A program made the position numbers and the translations under genes. From Planctomycetota bacterium (lineage in GTDB: Bacteria; Planctomycetota; GCA-002687715; DRQF01), in contig JAZGFI010000243.1 of assembly GCA_036479435.1 (NCBI GenBank), positions 41,227 through 105,226 of the forward strand: a stretch of 64,000 nucleotides of DNA, read 5' to 3'. Of the stretch, positions 10,504-20,297 are shown one piece after another. Every line of letters begins with the position of its first letter. Positions within the stretch are counted from its first letter, which is position 1. The notes beneath the pieces are model-generated. The model made no database searches. It was not told the DNA's origin and saw only the letters and a list, made by a program, of their open reading frames with translations.

Positions 10504-11207
10504 GGTGTTTTCAGGGCTCGCTGGCCTTGCCCGTCCCTAATGCTTTCGATCTCGCCGTCGCGCATCGTCAGGATCTTTTGGGCGTGGGCCGCCACTTCGT
10601 CTTCGTGGGTCACCATGATGACGGTTGTGCCCTGATCGTGCATCTCGTGCAAGATCGTGAGGATTTCGGCGCCGGTGGAAGTGTCGAGGTTTCCGGTCGG
10701 TTCATCCGCCAACACCAAGACTGGCTCGTTAACCAAGGCCCGCGCAATCGCGACGCGTTGCTGCTGCCCCCCCGAAAGCTCGGTGGGACGGTGATCCAAA
10801 CGTTCAGCCAGACCCACGCGCTCCGCGAGAAGAGTCGCACGTCGTCGAGCCTCCGAAGCAGCGATGTTTTGGTAAAAAAGCGGCACTTCGATGTTCTCGA
10901 TGACCGTGAGTTGAGGGATCAGGTTGAAGCTTTGAAAGATGAACCCCAACATCCGGCCGCGCACGGCCGACAGGTCGCGATCGTTCATACGAGCCACAGC
11001 TTCGCCGCCGAGCATGTAGTCCCCGGAACTCGGACGGTCCAAACAACCTAAGAGGTTGAGCATCGTCGACTTGCCCGACCCCGAGGGCCCCATGATCGCC
11101 CAAAAGTCGCCCTTTTCGAAACCGATCGACACGTTCTTCAGGGCGTCAACGACATTGTCGCCCATGCGATAAGTCTTGCAGATGTCTGTCAGTTCCGCGA
11201 TGGCCAT
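10500..11207 (-). CDS. ABC transporter ATP-binding protein (MacB/LolD-like)
   Basis: Walker [35 protein letters not shown]. Confidence 0.96.
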   Translation of the reverse strand: MAIAELTDICKTYRMGDNVVDALKNVSIGFEKGDFWAIMGPSGSGKSTMLNLLGCLDRPSSGDYMLGGEAVARMNDRDLSAVRGRMLGFIFQSFNLIPQLTVIENIEVPLFYQNIAASEARRRATLLAERVGLAERLDHRPTELSGGQQQRVAIARALVNEPVLVLADEPTGNLDTSTGAEILTILHEMHDQGTTVIMVTHEDEVAAHAQKILTMRDGEIESIRDGQGQRALKTP

Positions 11208-11210
11208 GAA

Positions 11211-12866
11211 CTACTCTTGGCCTCTTCCCGTACCGCGCCCGGGCCCGCCACTACCGCCCGGCTTACGTCCGCGGCCCTGGCGCATCTTTTTTTTGTCGGC
11301 GTCACTCATGGAGTCCCAGCGCTTTTGTTGCTCGGGAGTCATCTTGGGGCGCCCCTTCTTCGACTGCTTTCCGTGAGGGTTGCTTCCCTTCGACTTCGAG
11401 GACTGATGCACTTTGCCCTTGCGGGGTTTCGCGGCCTTGGCGAGTGGAATGCGTTCGGAATCCGGCGGGACGGCCAAAAAGACCTCATCACCTTCGCCGA
11501 CACCACCTAGGACGTTGACGAGTTCGTCGTTGTGGGCGCCGATTTGGATTTCACGCAGCACCGGTTCGCCGTCAATCTTGACGTAGCAAAAACTCTGTGG
11601 CCCGTTGCTGTGGACGGCCTGCACTGGAAGGACCAGCACGTTGATGAGATCCTCAATGATGATTTCGGCGGCGCAGTTCATGCCGGGGCGAAGTCGCATG
11701 CCGGGATTGTCGATCGTTACCTTGGTCGAGTAGACCTTCAGGTCCGGGTTGCGATACCAAGATTGTGAATCCGGCACGCTGGCGATTGATTCGATCCCCC
11801 CCTGAATGACCTCGCCGGTGTCTGTTGCGATGATCACGGGCATGTTGAGTTTGACTTGCTCGACCCAGGACTCGTGCACATCCACGTCAACCCGCACTTG
11901 ACTCATGTCGGGAATTTCGACGATGGTCTGGCCCTCGCGAACGGTCGACCCGGGCTCAACCGGCTTGCTTTCACGGCGGCTACCTTCGCGGCCGTAGATC
12001 ACAATGCCAGCGCGTTCGGCGACCACCCGGTTGTTGCTGACTTGTTTCTTCAGGCGCTCAAGCTTGATGACCTCCAACTTGTGCTGGCCGGTTTTCGCTT
12101 TGACCTCATTGATTTTCTTGGCGAGTTCGGCGGCTACTTTCGCTCTAACCCGCAAGACTTCGCGTTTGGCTTCCTCAAGATTGGATTCGAGTTCCACCAC
12201 GCGCTTTTTGGAGGTGTACTCCTTCAGTACATCGAGTTTCTTGTCGCTCAGAGTCACGTTGATCTTGCCGCGCTTGACGGCCAGTTCGTCGCTTTCAAGT
12301 TTGTCCTTGGAGATATAACCCTTCTCTGCAAGCTCGCGGCTCCACTTCACCGTGTCCGCGGCACGCTTCAGCTCTTCTTCGGCCAACGTGATGTCGGCTG
12401 AGCGTTCGCCCTCTTCGCGCGGCAGATCACCGCGAAGGTATTGCTTTTGATCTAACTCTGCGAACAGCACCGTCAACTCGGCCTTTTTGACGTCGCTTTC
12501 GTTCTGTTGTTTTTGAATCTCAAGCTGCTTTTCAGCATTGAACAGAGCCTGCTCGGCGTTCGAGGTCGAGATCTCTTGCTGCAAGAGCTTCTCCTCGGCA
12601 TCGTTCACATCCAAGGTGAACAACAGGTCGCCGACTTCGACCGCCGTACCTTCGCGCACCAATTCCAAAATGACGGACTTGCCGGGAATCGGGTTCAGGA
12701 CCTTAAAGGGGTTCCGGGCCTCGATCGTGCCTTTTTGGCGAATCGAAATCCTCAGATCCTGGCGTTTGACGGTTTGAGTCTGAAACTCAAAGTTTTCCTC
12801 CTGATCGCCACAAGAGGCGAGGAAGGTCACACTCAAGAACAAAGCGATCCAAGTTGCACGGAGCAT
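11211..12866 (-). CDS. efflux periplasmic adaptor (HlyD/MacA-like) with long coiled coil
   Basis: Lipoyl halves (LVREGTAVEVGDLLFTLD; VAERAGIVIY), LRPGMNC, lipobox FLASC, basic Gly-rich tail. Confidence 0.9.
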   Translation of the reverse strand: MLRATWIALFLSVTFLASCGDQEENFEFQTQTVKRQDLRISIRQKGTIEARNPFKVLNPIPGKSVILELVREGTAVEVGDLLFTLDVNDAEEKLLQQEISTSNAEQALFNAEKQLEIQKQQNESDVKKAELTVLFAELDQKQYLRGDLPREEGERSADITLAEEELKRAADTVKWSRELAEKGYISKDKLESDELAVKRGKINVTLSDKKLDVLKEYTSKKRVVELESNLEEAKREVLRVRAKVAAELAKKINEVKAKTGQHKLEVIKLERLKKQVSNNRVVAERAGIVIYGREGSRRESKPVEPGSTVREGQTIVEIPDMSQVRVDVDVHESWVEQVKLNMPVIIATDTGEVIQGGIESIASVPDSQSWYRNPDLKVYSTKVTIDNPGMRLRPGMNCAAEIIIEDLINVLVLPVQAVHSNGPQSFCYVKIDGEPVLREIQIGAHNDELVNVLGGVGEGDEVFLAVPPDSERIPLAKAAKPRKGKVHQSSKSKGSNPHGKQSKKGRPKMTPEQQKRWDSMSDADKKKMRQGRGRKPGGSGGPGRGTGRGQE

Positions 12867-12868
12867 GC

Positions 12869-14587
12869 TTACTCCTCCAGTTTCAAAAGCCGTCGGGTGG
12901 TCTCTTCATCGATGCCTTGCGGCCCGATGGTGAGGACCCCCATGTCTCGCATCAGCTCAAGGCGAGCGATGCGATAATCGATCAACGCGTCGGTTACGGC
13001 ATTCTGTGCGTCAATCAGGTCGTTTTGTGCGTCAACAAGGTCGATAGTCGTCCCTTCGCCGGCAGCTTTCAAAAGATTCGCGGCATCCACGTTGGTTTCA
13101 GCCACTTTTACCGCCGCGCCTTGGATGCGATTGTCTTCCACTGCCTGGCGCAAATTGCGAAGAGCGGCCCTAACCTGTAGCTTGACTTGATCTTCGAACT
13201 CTTCGGCATTTCGGCGAGATTGGTCGTAGTTGATCAGGCTGTTGCGGTAGGCATTTCGTTCATCCACCCGCTCAAAGGGCAAGTCGAGCAAGGCGGAGAT
13301 GCTGTAGTTGCCATCGCCAAGAAGGTCGATCTTGAAGGTCTCTTCGGCAAAGTCGTTGGAACGCAGTCCCGCGGTGGCCTGAAAATCGAGGCCTGCTCTC
13401 AAAGCATCGATGGCAACAACCACGGTCCGACGTGCATCTTGGACCCGAGCATCGGTGGTGGCGAGATCAAGCCGGTTCTTCAACCCGTATTTCGTGGCAT
13501 CCCCTTGCGAGAACTGAAGGTTCTCAGTCCCCGCTTCGCGGAGGCGTTTTAGGTCGATGGGATCGATTTCGAGGCGCGCGTCAACCGGCAGCCCCAGCGT
13601 CAACTTGAACTGATCGAGCGCACTTTCAAACTGCTGCTGAGCCGAGATAAGCCGCGTCTCCGCCGAAAGCACCGACTGATTGACTCGCTCCACATCCGTG
13701 ATCGCGATACGACCGGCCTCGCCAAGGGCACGGTTTTCGACCGCCGTTAGTTCACGGCGTTTCAAGTTGCTTTTTTCGTTCTCGACGCGTTGCCACGAGC
13801 GCAGCAGTTGCAAGTAATTAGAAACAACGCGAACCCCGTAAGTCCGCTTGAAGCGCTCGAAGTCGCGGACCGCGTAGACGACGTCGCGCTCGGACTGAAT
13901 GACGTTTTCGTAGGCGATTTCGCGTCCGGCGCCGCGCAAAATTGGCAGCGACAAAGTGAAGTTCAAGAGCGACCCTGCGACCGATCCGGCGGGGTTGGTC
14001 AAAAACCGGGTGAAATCCTCACCGATGTTCAATGAGTAAGAACCGCCACTCTCGATGAGACGGGTGAATCCCAAAGAGCCGTTTTCTTGCAAAGATGGCG
14101 TGGTGTCATTTAAGCCGTCGCCATTGGCGTCGGCACCGACTTCCACCGTCCCAAAATACTGAGAGCTGAAGTTGTTCCAGTTGCCAGTCAGCGACAAAGC
14201 AGAGCCGTAAAGCCGTTCTTTTTCGTCTTGAAACTCGCGGCTGTTTCGGGTGGCGATCAACAGGGCTGTTTCAAGGTCAACTTTGACCGACTTGCCTCCC
14301 CGCGCCAGGCGTTCGGCGGGGCCGGGCTGGCTGTCGTCTGGCCTTGGGAACAACAGGCCATCACGAAGCCGCGGTCCCATCGAGTCGATCGTGAAAGCGG
14401 GATCTGCCGCCTGCCCGGCCACTTTGCGAGCCTCGCCAATGATGGCATAACTTTCCTTGTCGGCCTCGGCGAGGTGCTCCTCGGGAGTCTTGCAGGAAAC
14501 CGTCATGGCAAAGACGGCAACCCCAAACCACGCGACGAGTCGAAAACCCGGTCCGAAGCTCCCCGCTCCGGATTCGAACCATTTCAT
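12869..14587 (-). CDS. TolC family outer membrane efflux protein
   Basis: Lipobox MTVSC, OEP-type helical repeats (DLVDAQNDLIDAQNA...YRIARLEL), first gene of the adaptor-ABC operon. Confidence 0.88.
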   Translation of the reverse strand: MKWFESGAGSFGPGFRLVAWFGVAVFAMTVSCKTPEEHLAEADKESYAIIGEARKVAGQAADPAFTIDSMGPRLRDGLLFPRPDDSQPGPAERLARGGKSVKVDLETALLIATRNSREFQDEKERLYGSALSLTGNWNNFSSQYFGTVEVGADANGDGLNDTTPSLQENGSLGFTRLIESGGSYSLNIGEDFTRFLTNPAGSVAGSLLNFTLSLPILRGAGREIAYENVIQSERDVVYAVRDFERFKRTYGVRVVSNYLQLLRSWQRVENEKSNLKRRELTAVENRALGEAGRIAITDVERVNQSVLSAETRLISAQQQFESALDQFKLTLGLPVDARLEIDPIDLKRLREAGTENLQFSQGDATKYGLKNRLDLATTDARVQDARRTVVVAIDALRAGLDFQATAGLRSNDFAEETFKIDLLGDGNYSISALLDLPFERVDERNAYRNSLINYDQSRRNAEEFEDQVKLQVRAALRNLRQAVEDNRIQGAAVKVAETNVDAANLLKAAGEGTTIDLVDAQNDLIDAQNAVTDALIDYRIARLELMRDMGVLTIGPQGIDEETTRRLLKLEE

Positions 14588-14831
14588 TGCGAAACCCCTG
14601 GCGCCCGGAAGGCCTTTGAGTCGATCTGAATCGTCTCGCAAGGTCGTCCACTCATTCGAAACTTTTTGATCGTTCAAAACGGCAAGCAAAGCCGAGAACT
14701 ACACTTCATTCTCGCCACCACGCTCTACGCCAGAGCTGCCAAAAGCATTCGCTCAATTCTCGCAAGATCCCGGCGCGCGGAGTCTTAGCCTGCTTTTGCC
14801 CCTGCCTTCAAGCATTTGTCCTGAGACAAAG

Positions 14832-15866
14832 CTATTGAGAACTATTCTCAACGCCGCGCAGGCGCTCGAACAAAGCCACGCACAAGATCGGCAAGGCAAT
14901 GGTGGCATCGCAGCTGACTTCGGCGAAACAGGCACCAGGGCCATACTTCCCCCAGGATTTGCTCTCACTCATCGTGCAGCCCGACATCCCGCCGTAGACG
15001 ACGTTGTCGGTGCAAATCCGAACGCCAAAGTCATAGCCCGGAAAAATCTCGTCCTCGATCATGTCCAGGAGCGGGAAAACTTGTTGCGCCCAATTTCTTG
15101 GCACGCCGCCGCCCACGATAATAGTGCCCCGCTCGGCGTGGCTTTTGATCCACTCCGCCATTTCAAACAAGTCGAGCTGCTCGTCCAGGACCAAGTTGAG
15201 CCAACCTCGATGCCGAAATTTGGCGAGATTCAGGCAAAACTCAGAATCACTGGTCGCGCCGCAGAAGATCGGCGTCTCCGTCTCGTAGGCCACTGACATC
15301 ATCGACCGATATCCGCGTTCCGATAGCCCCGCCCCGGTGAGTCGAAAGACCTCACTAGGCGCCAAGAGCATGGCGCCGGGCACAGCCTTTTTGCTGTGCT
15401 CAGCTTGAATCGGTCGCCAGATCTCGTCCAAGAGTTCTTCGCCAGCTCCGTAGTTTTCCTCCGGCAAATTGGTGTCGTAGATGCGGTTGATGCGGTGCCG
15501 ATAGAGCTCGTCATCGTCGGCATTGGGGTCACCGAGGTAGTGCCCGTGCCCTCCCTTGGCCGCATTGACCATGTCGTGGCTGATGTTCGCGCCGGTCGAG
15601 ACAATGGCCTGAATGACGCCACGTTCCATAAGGCGGCATACGATCTCACCCATACCGGCCGGAATCATCGCTCCCGCAAAGGTCAAGACCACGCCGCATT
15701 GCTTACGGGTTGCCATCGTCTCCAAAACGTCCAAGGCGATCGACAGGGCCCGCCCTTGGAAGCTGCAATCACCAAGAGCGGTCAAGATGTCATTGGCGGA
15801 CCGCGCCTTCTCGGGATCAAAGGGGATGACGGGTCGTGCGGTGTGTTTGGCCGGGCGATCGTTCAC
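14832..15866 (-). CDS. deoxyhypusine synthase-like protein (probable polyamine/homospermidine biosynthesis)
   Basis: LTFAGAMIPAG, VSTGANISHD, INRIYDT, IVGGGVPRNW, GGMSGCTMSESKSWGK, CDATIALP. Confidence 0.9.
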   Translation of the reverse strand: MNDRPAKHTARPVIPFDPEKARSANDILTALGDCSFQGRALSIALDVLETMATRKQCGVVLTFAGAMIPAGMGEIVCRLMERGVIQAIVSTGANISHDMVNAAKGGHGHYLGDPNADDDELYRHRINRIYDTNLPEENYGAGEELLDEIWRPIQAEHSKKAVPGAMLLAPSEVFRLTGAGLSERGYRSMMSVAYETETPIFCGATSDSEFCLNLAKFRHRGWLNLVLDEQLDLFEMAEWIKSHAERGTIIVGGGVPRNWAQQVFPLLDMIEDEIFPGYDFGVRICTDNVVYGGMSGCTMSESKSWGKYGPGACFAEVSCDATIALPILCVALFERLRGVENSSQ

Positions 15867-16477
15867 AGACTAGACCTCTCAGAAGAAGCAAAGAACAGTT
15901 TGTCCCAGCCCAAGCGCCGCAATGCCGCGGCAAGCTCGAACATGGGCAGTCCGAGGACAGTAAAGTGGCTGCCCTTGATCCCGCGCAGAATGTGAATGCC
16001 GCGGTCTTCAAGTCGGTAGCCTCCGGCGCAGCCGATTCCCTCTCTCGTGGCGGCGTACGCGAGCAGCTCCTCTTCGCTCAGGTCGTAAAGCTGTACTTCA
16101 GCGTGGCAGACTTCTTCATGCACGACTTTCCGCCCCCGAACCAAGGCCAGGCCACAGTGAAAACGATGGGATTTTCCGTTGATGAGGCGTAATTGATCGC
16201 GCAGCGCCTCATCCGATTCAGGTTTTGATCGGACCTCGCCTTCGAAGGCAAAAACTTGGTCTGACCCGAGCACCAAAGCGTCGGGGAATTGGCTGGCGAC
16301 CTCGAGGGCTTTGTCACGAGCCAAGATTGCCGCGCGGCGGTCGGGGTCGGACTCTATGCAGGCTTCCTCATCGAGCGTCGCCGCCACCGCTGTGAACTCA
16401 TAGCCAGCGGCCTTTAGCAAGTCCTTGCGAATCTGAGATCCTGAGGCCAACACGAAATTCTTGGGAGCTTGATCCAT
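15863..16477 (-). CDS. maf: Maf family nucleoside triphosphate pyrophosphatase
   Basis: VLASGSQIRKDLL, VLGSDQV, SKP, CAGGYRLE, VLGLPM. Confidence 0.9.
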   Translation of the reverse strand: MDQAPKNFVLASGSQIRKDLLKAAGYEFTAVAATLDEEACIESDPDRRAAILARDKALEVASQFPDALVLGSDQVFAFEGEVRSKPESDEALRDQLRLINGKSHRFHCGLALVRGRKVVHEEVCHAEVQLYDLSEEELLAYAATREGIGCAGGYRLEDRGIHILRGIKGSHFTVLGLPMFELAAALRRLGWDKLFFASSERSSL

Positions 16478-16578
16478 ACCTTCTTGCACCTTGTCTGTGA
16501 CCCCGGGCCAGGGCATTCTGTTCCCGGGCAGCAGCGCCGTCAACGCGAACTGCCAAAGTCGGGGGGAGAGAACAGTCA

Positions 16579-17679
16579 ATGGGTCAGCAACGTCACCGCC
16601 ACCGCCACCGCCATACCGTGGCCATCAACACCGGGGGTGGCGATTGCCCGGGCCTCAATGCCGTCATCCGTGCGGTCGTGAAGCGCGGGCAGCTTGAGCT
16701 GGGTTGGAAGATCATCGGGATCGAAGACTCCTTTGATGGCCTCCTCAGCGACGAAATGCGGGTGCGCGAACTCGACCGCGCCAGCATTGCCGGCGCCTTG
16801 ACCAAAGGTGGCACGATTCTCGGCAGTACCAACCGCGGCAATCCCTTTAGGTACGGTCGCAGGGATGGCAACGCCATCGACCTTTCAAAGCGCGTCGCAA
16901 CCAGGCTTAAGGAACTCGGCTGTGAAGGCCTCATCGCTCTGGGCGGAGACGGCACGATGGCCATTTGCCACGAGCTGTCTCAGCGCACGGGGGTCAAGAT
17001 CGTGGGTGTCCCCAAGACCATCGACAACGACCTGACCGGCACTGACACCACTTTTGGGTTTAACAGCGCCGTCGAGTTCGCGACCCAGGCTGTCGACCGC
17101 TTACACAGCACCGCTGAGAGCCACGATCGTATCATGGTGGTTGAGGTCATGGGTCGCAACGCAGGGTTCATTGCCCTTCACTGCGGGGTCGCGGGCGGGG
17201 CCGACGCCATTCTAATCCCCGAGGTACCCTTTGACCTGCGCGCGGTTGCCAACAAAATTCTAGAACGCAAGGCCATGGGGCGCTACTTTTCGATCATCGT
17301 GGTTTCGGAGGGAGCGCGCGCCAAAGGTAGCGAGCCGTCCGATTCCAAAAGCCTTCGCCTCCGCAGTATCGGCCGCAGCGTCGCCGCCGAGCTGTCGGAG
17401 ATGACGGGAATCGAATCGCGCGACACCGTGCTGGGCTATTTGCTCCGCGGCGGCATCCCCTCGGCTTACGACCGCATCTTGGCAACGCGCCTGGGGAATC
17501 ACGCCTGTAGCTTGGTCGAAGCTGGAAACTGGGATCGCATGGTCGCCATCCACGCGAACGAAATGTCGAGCGTTTCGCTCGTTGAAGCCGCCAGCGGCAC
17601 CAAGCAAGTCGACCTTGGTGGCGATCTGGTGGCTACCGCGCGAGGGGTCGGGATCGTCTTTGGAGATGAGGAAATCTAG
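16579..17679 (+). CDS. pfkA: 6-phosphofructokinase (group III type)
   Basis: TGGGDCPGLNAVIRAVV, GGTILGS, GGDGT, PKTIDND, VEVMGRNAG. Confidence 0.95.
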   Translation: MGQQRHRHRHRHTVAINTGGGDCPGLNAVIRAVVKRGQLELGWKIIGIEDSFDGLLSDEMRVRELDRASIAGALTKGGTILGSTNRGNPFRYGRRDGNAIDLSKRVATRLKELGCEGLIALGGDGTMAICHELSQRTGVKIVGVPKTIDNDLTGTDTTFGFNSAVEFATQAVDRLHSTAESHDRIMVVEVMGRNAGFIALHCGVAGGADAILIPEVPFDLRAVANKILERKAMGRYFSIIVVSEGARAKGSEPSDSKSLRLRSIGRSVAAELSEMTGIESRDTVLGYLLRGGIPSAYDRILATRLGNHACSLVEAGNWDRMVAIHANEMSSVSLVEAASGTKQVDLGGDLVATARGVGIVFGDEEI

Positions 17680-17680
17680 C

Positions 17681-18256
17681 ATGAACACTTGTCGCCAACC
17701 TGTATCCCTGGTGTTTTTGGCCCTGCTGTTTGCCGTCGCGCTTTGTGCCTCTTGCGGCAAAAAAGAAGAATCCGACGCCGAACCAAAAATGCAGAATGGT
17801 TCTGCAGGTTCATCCCAGCCCACGGGGAAGAAGGATAAGCTCAAGGCCCCGGCGCGCGGACCCAATGAGCCCGATCGCGTCACCCTAAAGTTACTGGTCT
17901 TGCCCTGCGAAGGCGGTCGTTTGGGACTCGTCGAACCCAGGCCGACTAGTTTTGAAGCACGAGCACTCGCCGCATCGCTCAAGACAAGCCTCGAGACTAG
18001 CGATGATGTGTCCGCCGAGTTCGACACCCTCGCCTTGCAATACTCAGCTGACCCGGATGTGAAGACCTCTAAAGGTATTCGCACCCTCACCAACTGGGGC
18101 GTCGAACCCGACACCGACAACCATGAACGGGCCCGCGCCGCGATGCCAGCGATTGCGGATCAAGCTTTCAAAATGCCAGTTGGAAGCATCGCCATCATTG
18201 ATCTGGACGAAAAGATGAACCCCCTTGGCATCGTCTTGGTGTTCCGCAGCAAGTAA
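17681..18256 (+). CDS. lipoprotein with parvulin/PpiC-like PPIase domain (divergent)
   Basis: Lipobox LCASC; FDTLALQYSADP, IADQAFKMPVGSI, PLGIVLVFR resemble parvulin elements, but the usual His residues are not apparent. Confidence 0.6.
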   Translation: MNTCRQPVSLVFLALLFAVALCASCGKKEESDAEPKMQNGSAGSSQPTGKKDKLKAPARGPNEPDRVTLKLLVLPCEGGRLGLVEPRPTSFEARALAASLKTSLETSDDVSAEFDTLALQYSADPDVKTSKGIRTLTNWGVEPDTDNHERARAAMPAIADQAFKMPVGSIAIIDLDEKMNPLGIVLVFRSK

Positions 18257-18276
18257 CCGCTTAGAGCCTGAGCCAC

Positions 18277-18990
18277 ATGAATCAAGAAAGCAAACGCGAG
18301 CGATCCTCATGGACGCGCGTCTTCGAGTTGTTCCGCGACGGTCAGCGCCTCGAAAGCGTCATGTCCGGGTGGCGCGTCACCGAAGAACAGATCGCCGAGT
18401 ATCTCATCGCGGGGCACCGCGCGGGGGAGAAAGTCGAGCCGGCTTGGGTCTTGCCACCCAAAATCCGCGACCGCGTCATGGAGTTCATCCAAGGCCGCGC
18501 AGACCTCAGCCCGACGCAGATCTCCAGTATGGTGCAAGGTCGGGTGAAGCCCGCGATCATCCGTGCCTTGCGTCAAATTTCGCAGGGCATGAGCTTCGAT
18601 ACCCGTCTTTACAACGAGTCGACTTTCTTCGAGAAATTCCACGACGACCTCGCCGGAGCGACCCGAGAGATCATCGTTGTCGCCAGCGAGATCAAGGGCC
18701 AACACTGGCGCAAGCACGCCGCCGCCTTTTTGGGCCTTGTGCGCCGCGAGGGCCAGGTTGGATTCTTCTCCGGCCGTATTTCGGAGCTACTTGAGGATTC
18801 TCTTCGCGATGCCGGTATTGTGCTCATCGAAAAGCACTCACATGCGAACTTAGTACTCATCGACAATCAGATTCTTTGGGAGGGCAGCATGAACTTCCTT
18901 CTACCGCCTCAAGGAGACGAGCATGTCCGCCGCAGCGAGAGTCGCCTTCAAGTCGAGGAAGTGAAGGATCTAAACGATCTGTTCCTTTAG
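18277..18990 (+). CDS. protein with C-terminal phospholipase-D-like domain (variant HKD)
   Basis: DDLAGATREIIVVAS...HSHANLVLIDNQILWEGSMNFL matches H-x-K-x4-D-x6-GSxN with K replaced by N. Confidence 0.7.
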   Translation: MNQESKRERSSWTRVFELFRDGQRLESVMSGWRVTEEQIAEYLIAGHRAGEKVEPAWVLPPKIRDRVMEFIQGRADLSPTQISSMVQGRVKPAIIRALRQISQGMSFDTRLYNESTFFEKFHDDLAGATREIIVVASEIKGQHWRKHAAAFLGLVRREGQVGFFSGRISELLEDSLRDAGIVLIEKHSHANLVLIDNQILWEGSMNFLLPPQGDEHVRRSESRLQVEEVKDLNDLFL

Positions 18991-19168
18991 GGCTCAGTCA
19001 AGAATAGCTTCACATTCTCGCCGCTCAGCATCACGCCATCTTCGGTCCGTGCTCAATCGCGAGAATCCTCGAATACAGGAAGTATGCTGCGGTTCTCGCT
19101 CAATCGCCCGAACCGAATCTGACGCAAATCTGAGTGCGAACTCTGCGAACTTATTCTTGACCGAGCCC
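18990..19168. mobile_element. MITE-like element, 179 bp, with 17-bp TIRs and TTA target duplication
   Basis: Left GGGCTCAGTCAAGAATA, right TATTCTTGACCGAGCCC (16/17 complementary); TTA at 18987-18989 and 19169-19171; right end recurs at 35172-35220. Confidence 0.75.
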
Positions 19169-19244
19169 TTAGTTGGTGGGTCGCCAAGCAAATTCGTGAC
19201 ATAATCCCAAGCTCTACCGATCCCCGCCGCCGAGGAGTTGCCCT

Positions 19245-20276
19245 TTGGAACAGCCCTACTCCAACACTTTCGCCGAAACCAGCATGGTTTCGCTGCAAGA
19301 GCACATCATGGATCAGCAGGCCCACCACCCCACCGCCACGGGTGATTTTACCTTTTTGTTGTCCGGCATCGCCAAGGCGACACGCTTCATATCGGCAAAA
19401 GTTCGGCGCGCGGGATTGGTCGACATCCTCGGTGCGACCGGTGATGTCAACGTCCAAGACGAAGAAGTCCAAAAACTCGACATCTTCGCCAACGACTTGT
19501 TGATCAAATGCCTCGCCTACCGTGGCAATGTCGGCATCCTCGCCAGCGAAGAAAACGAAGAGCCAGTGGTGCTGCACAACGCGGGAGCTAACGGCCGCTA
19601 CATCGTCCTTTTTGATCCGCTTGACGGTTCAAGCAACATCGATGTGAACGCCACCGTGGGCACCATTTTTTCGATCCTAAAACGGCAAGAACCTGGTTTC
19701 GGAGAGCGCGACGCGATGACGGACCTCCTCCAGCCAGGGGTCAAGCAAATAGCTGCGGGCTATGTCATCTACGGGTCGGCGACGGTCTTTTGCTACACGA
19801 CCGGTCAAGGCGTTCATCTGTTCACTTTAGACCCAACAACGGGCACCTACATTCTCCACGCCGAAAACCGAAAGATGCCCGACCGCGGCGCCATTTATTC
19901 GGTAAATGAAGCGAACTTCCCAACCTTTCCCGCCGAAATCCAGGCCTACCTGAAGGCTGTCAAGAGCGGTAAAGAACACAGCTACACCTCGCGCTACATT
20001 GGTTCTTTCGTCGCGGACTTCCACCGCACCCTGCTAAAAGGCGGCGTCTTTCTTTATCCGACGACTCAAAAAGCACCGGGCGGAAAACTCCGCCTCTTGT
20101 ACGAAGCCAATCCCATGGCTTTCATCGCCGAACAAGCGGGCGGTTTGGCTACCGACGGCAAACAACGCATTCTCGACATCATGCCCAGCGCTCTGCACCA
20201 AAGGACGCCGCTCATCATCGGCTCCAAGGACGACGTCAACGATGCGATTGCTTTTTGCTCAGGAGAACGCAAGTAA
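19245..20276 (+). CDS. fbp: class 1 fructose-1,6-bisphosphatase
   Basis: VQKLDIFAN, ASEEN, FDPLDGSSNIDVN, RYIGSFVADFHRTLLKGG, GKLRLLYEANP. Confidence 0.97.
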   Translation: MEQPYSNTFAETSMVSLQEHIMDQQAHHPTATGDFTFLLSGIAKATRFISAKVRRAGLVDILGATGDVNVQDEEVQKLDIFANDLLIKCLAYRGNVGILASEENEEPVVLHNAGANGRYIVLFDPLDGSSNIDVNATVGTIFSILKRQEPGFGERDAMTDLLQPGVKQIAAGYVIYGSATVFCYTTGQGVHLFTLDPTTGTYILHAENRKMPDRGAIYSVNEANFPTFPAEIQAYLKAVKSGKEHSYTSRYIGSFVADFHRTLLKGGVFLYPTTQKAPGGKLRLLYEANPMAFIAEQAGGLATDGKQRILDIMPSALHQRTPLIIGSKDDVNDAIAFCSGERK

Positions 20277-20297
20277 CGGCGCAACGCTCTAAAGCCA

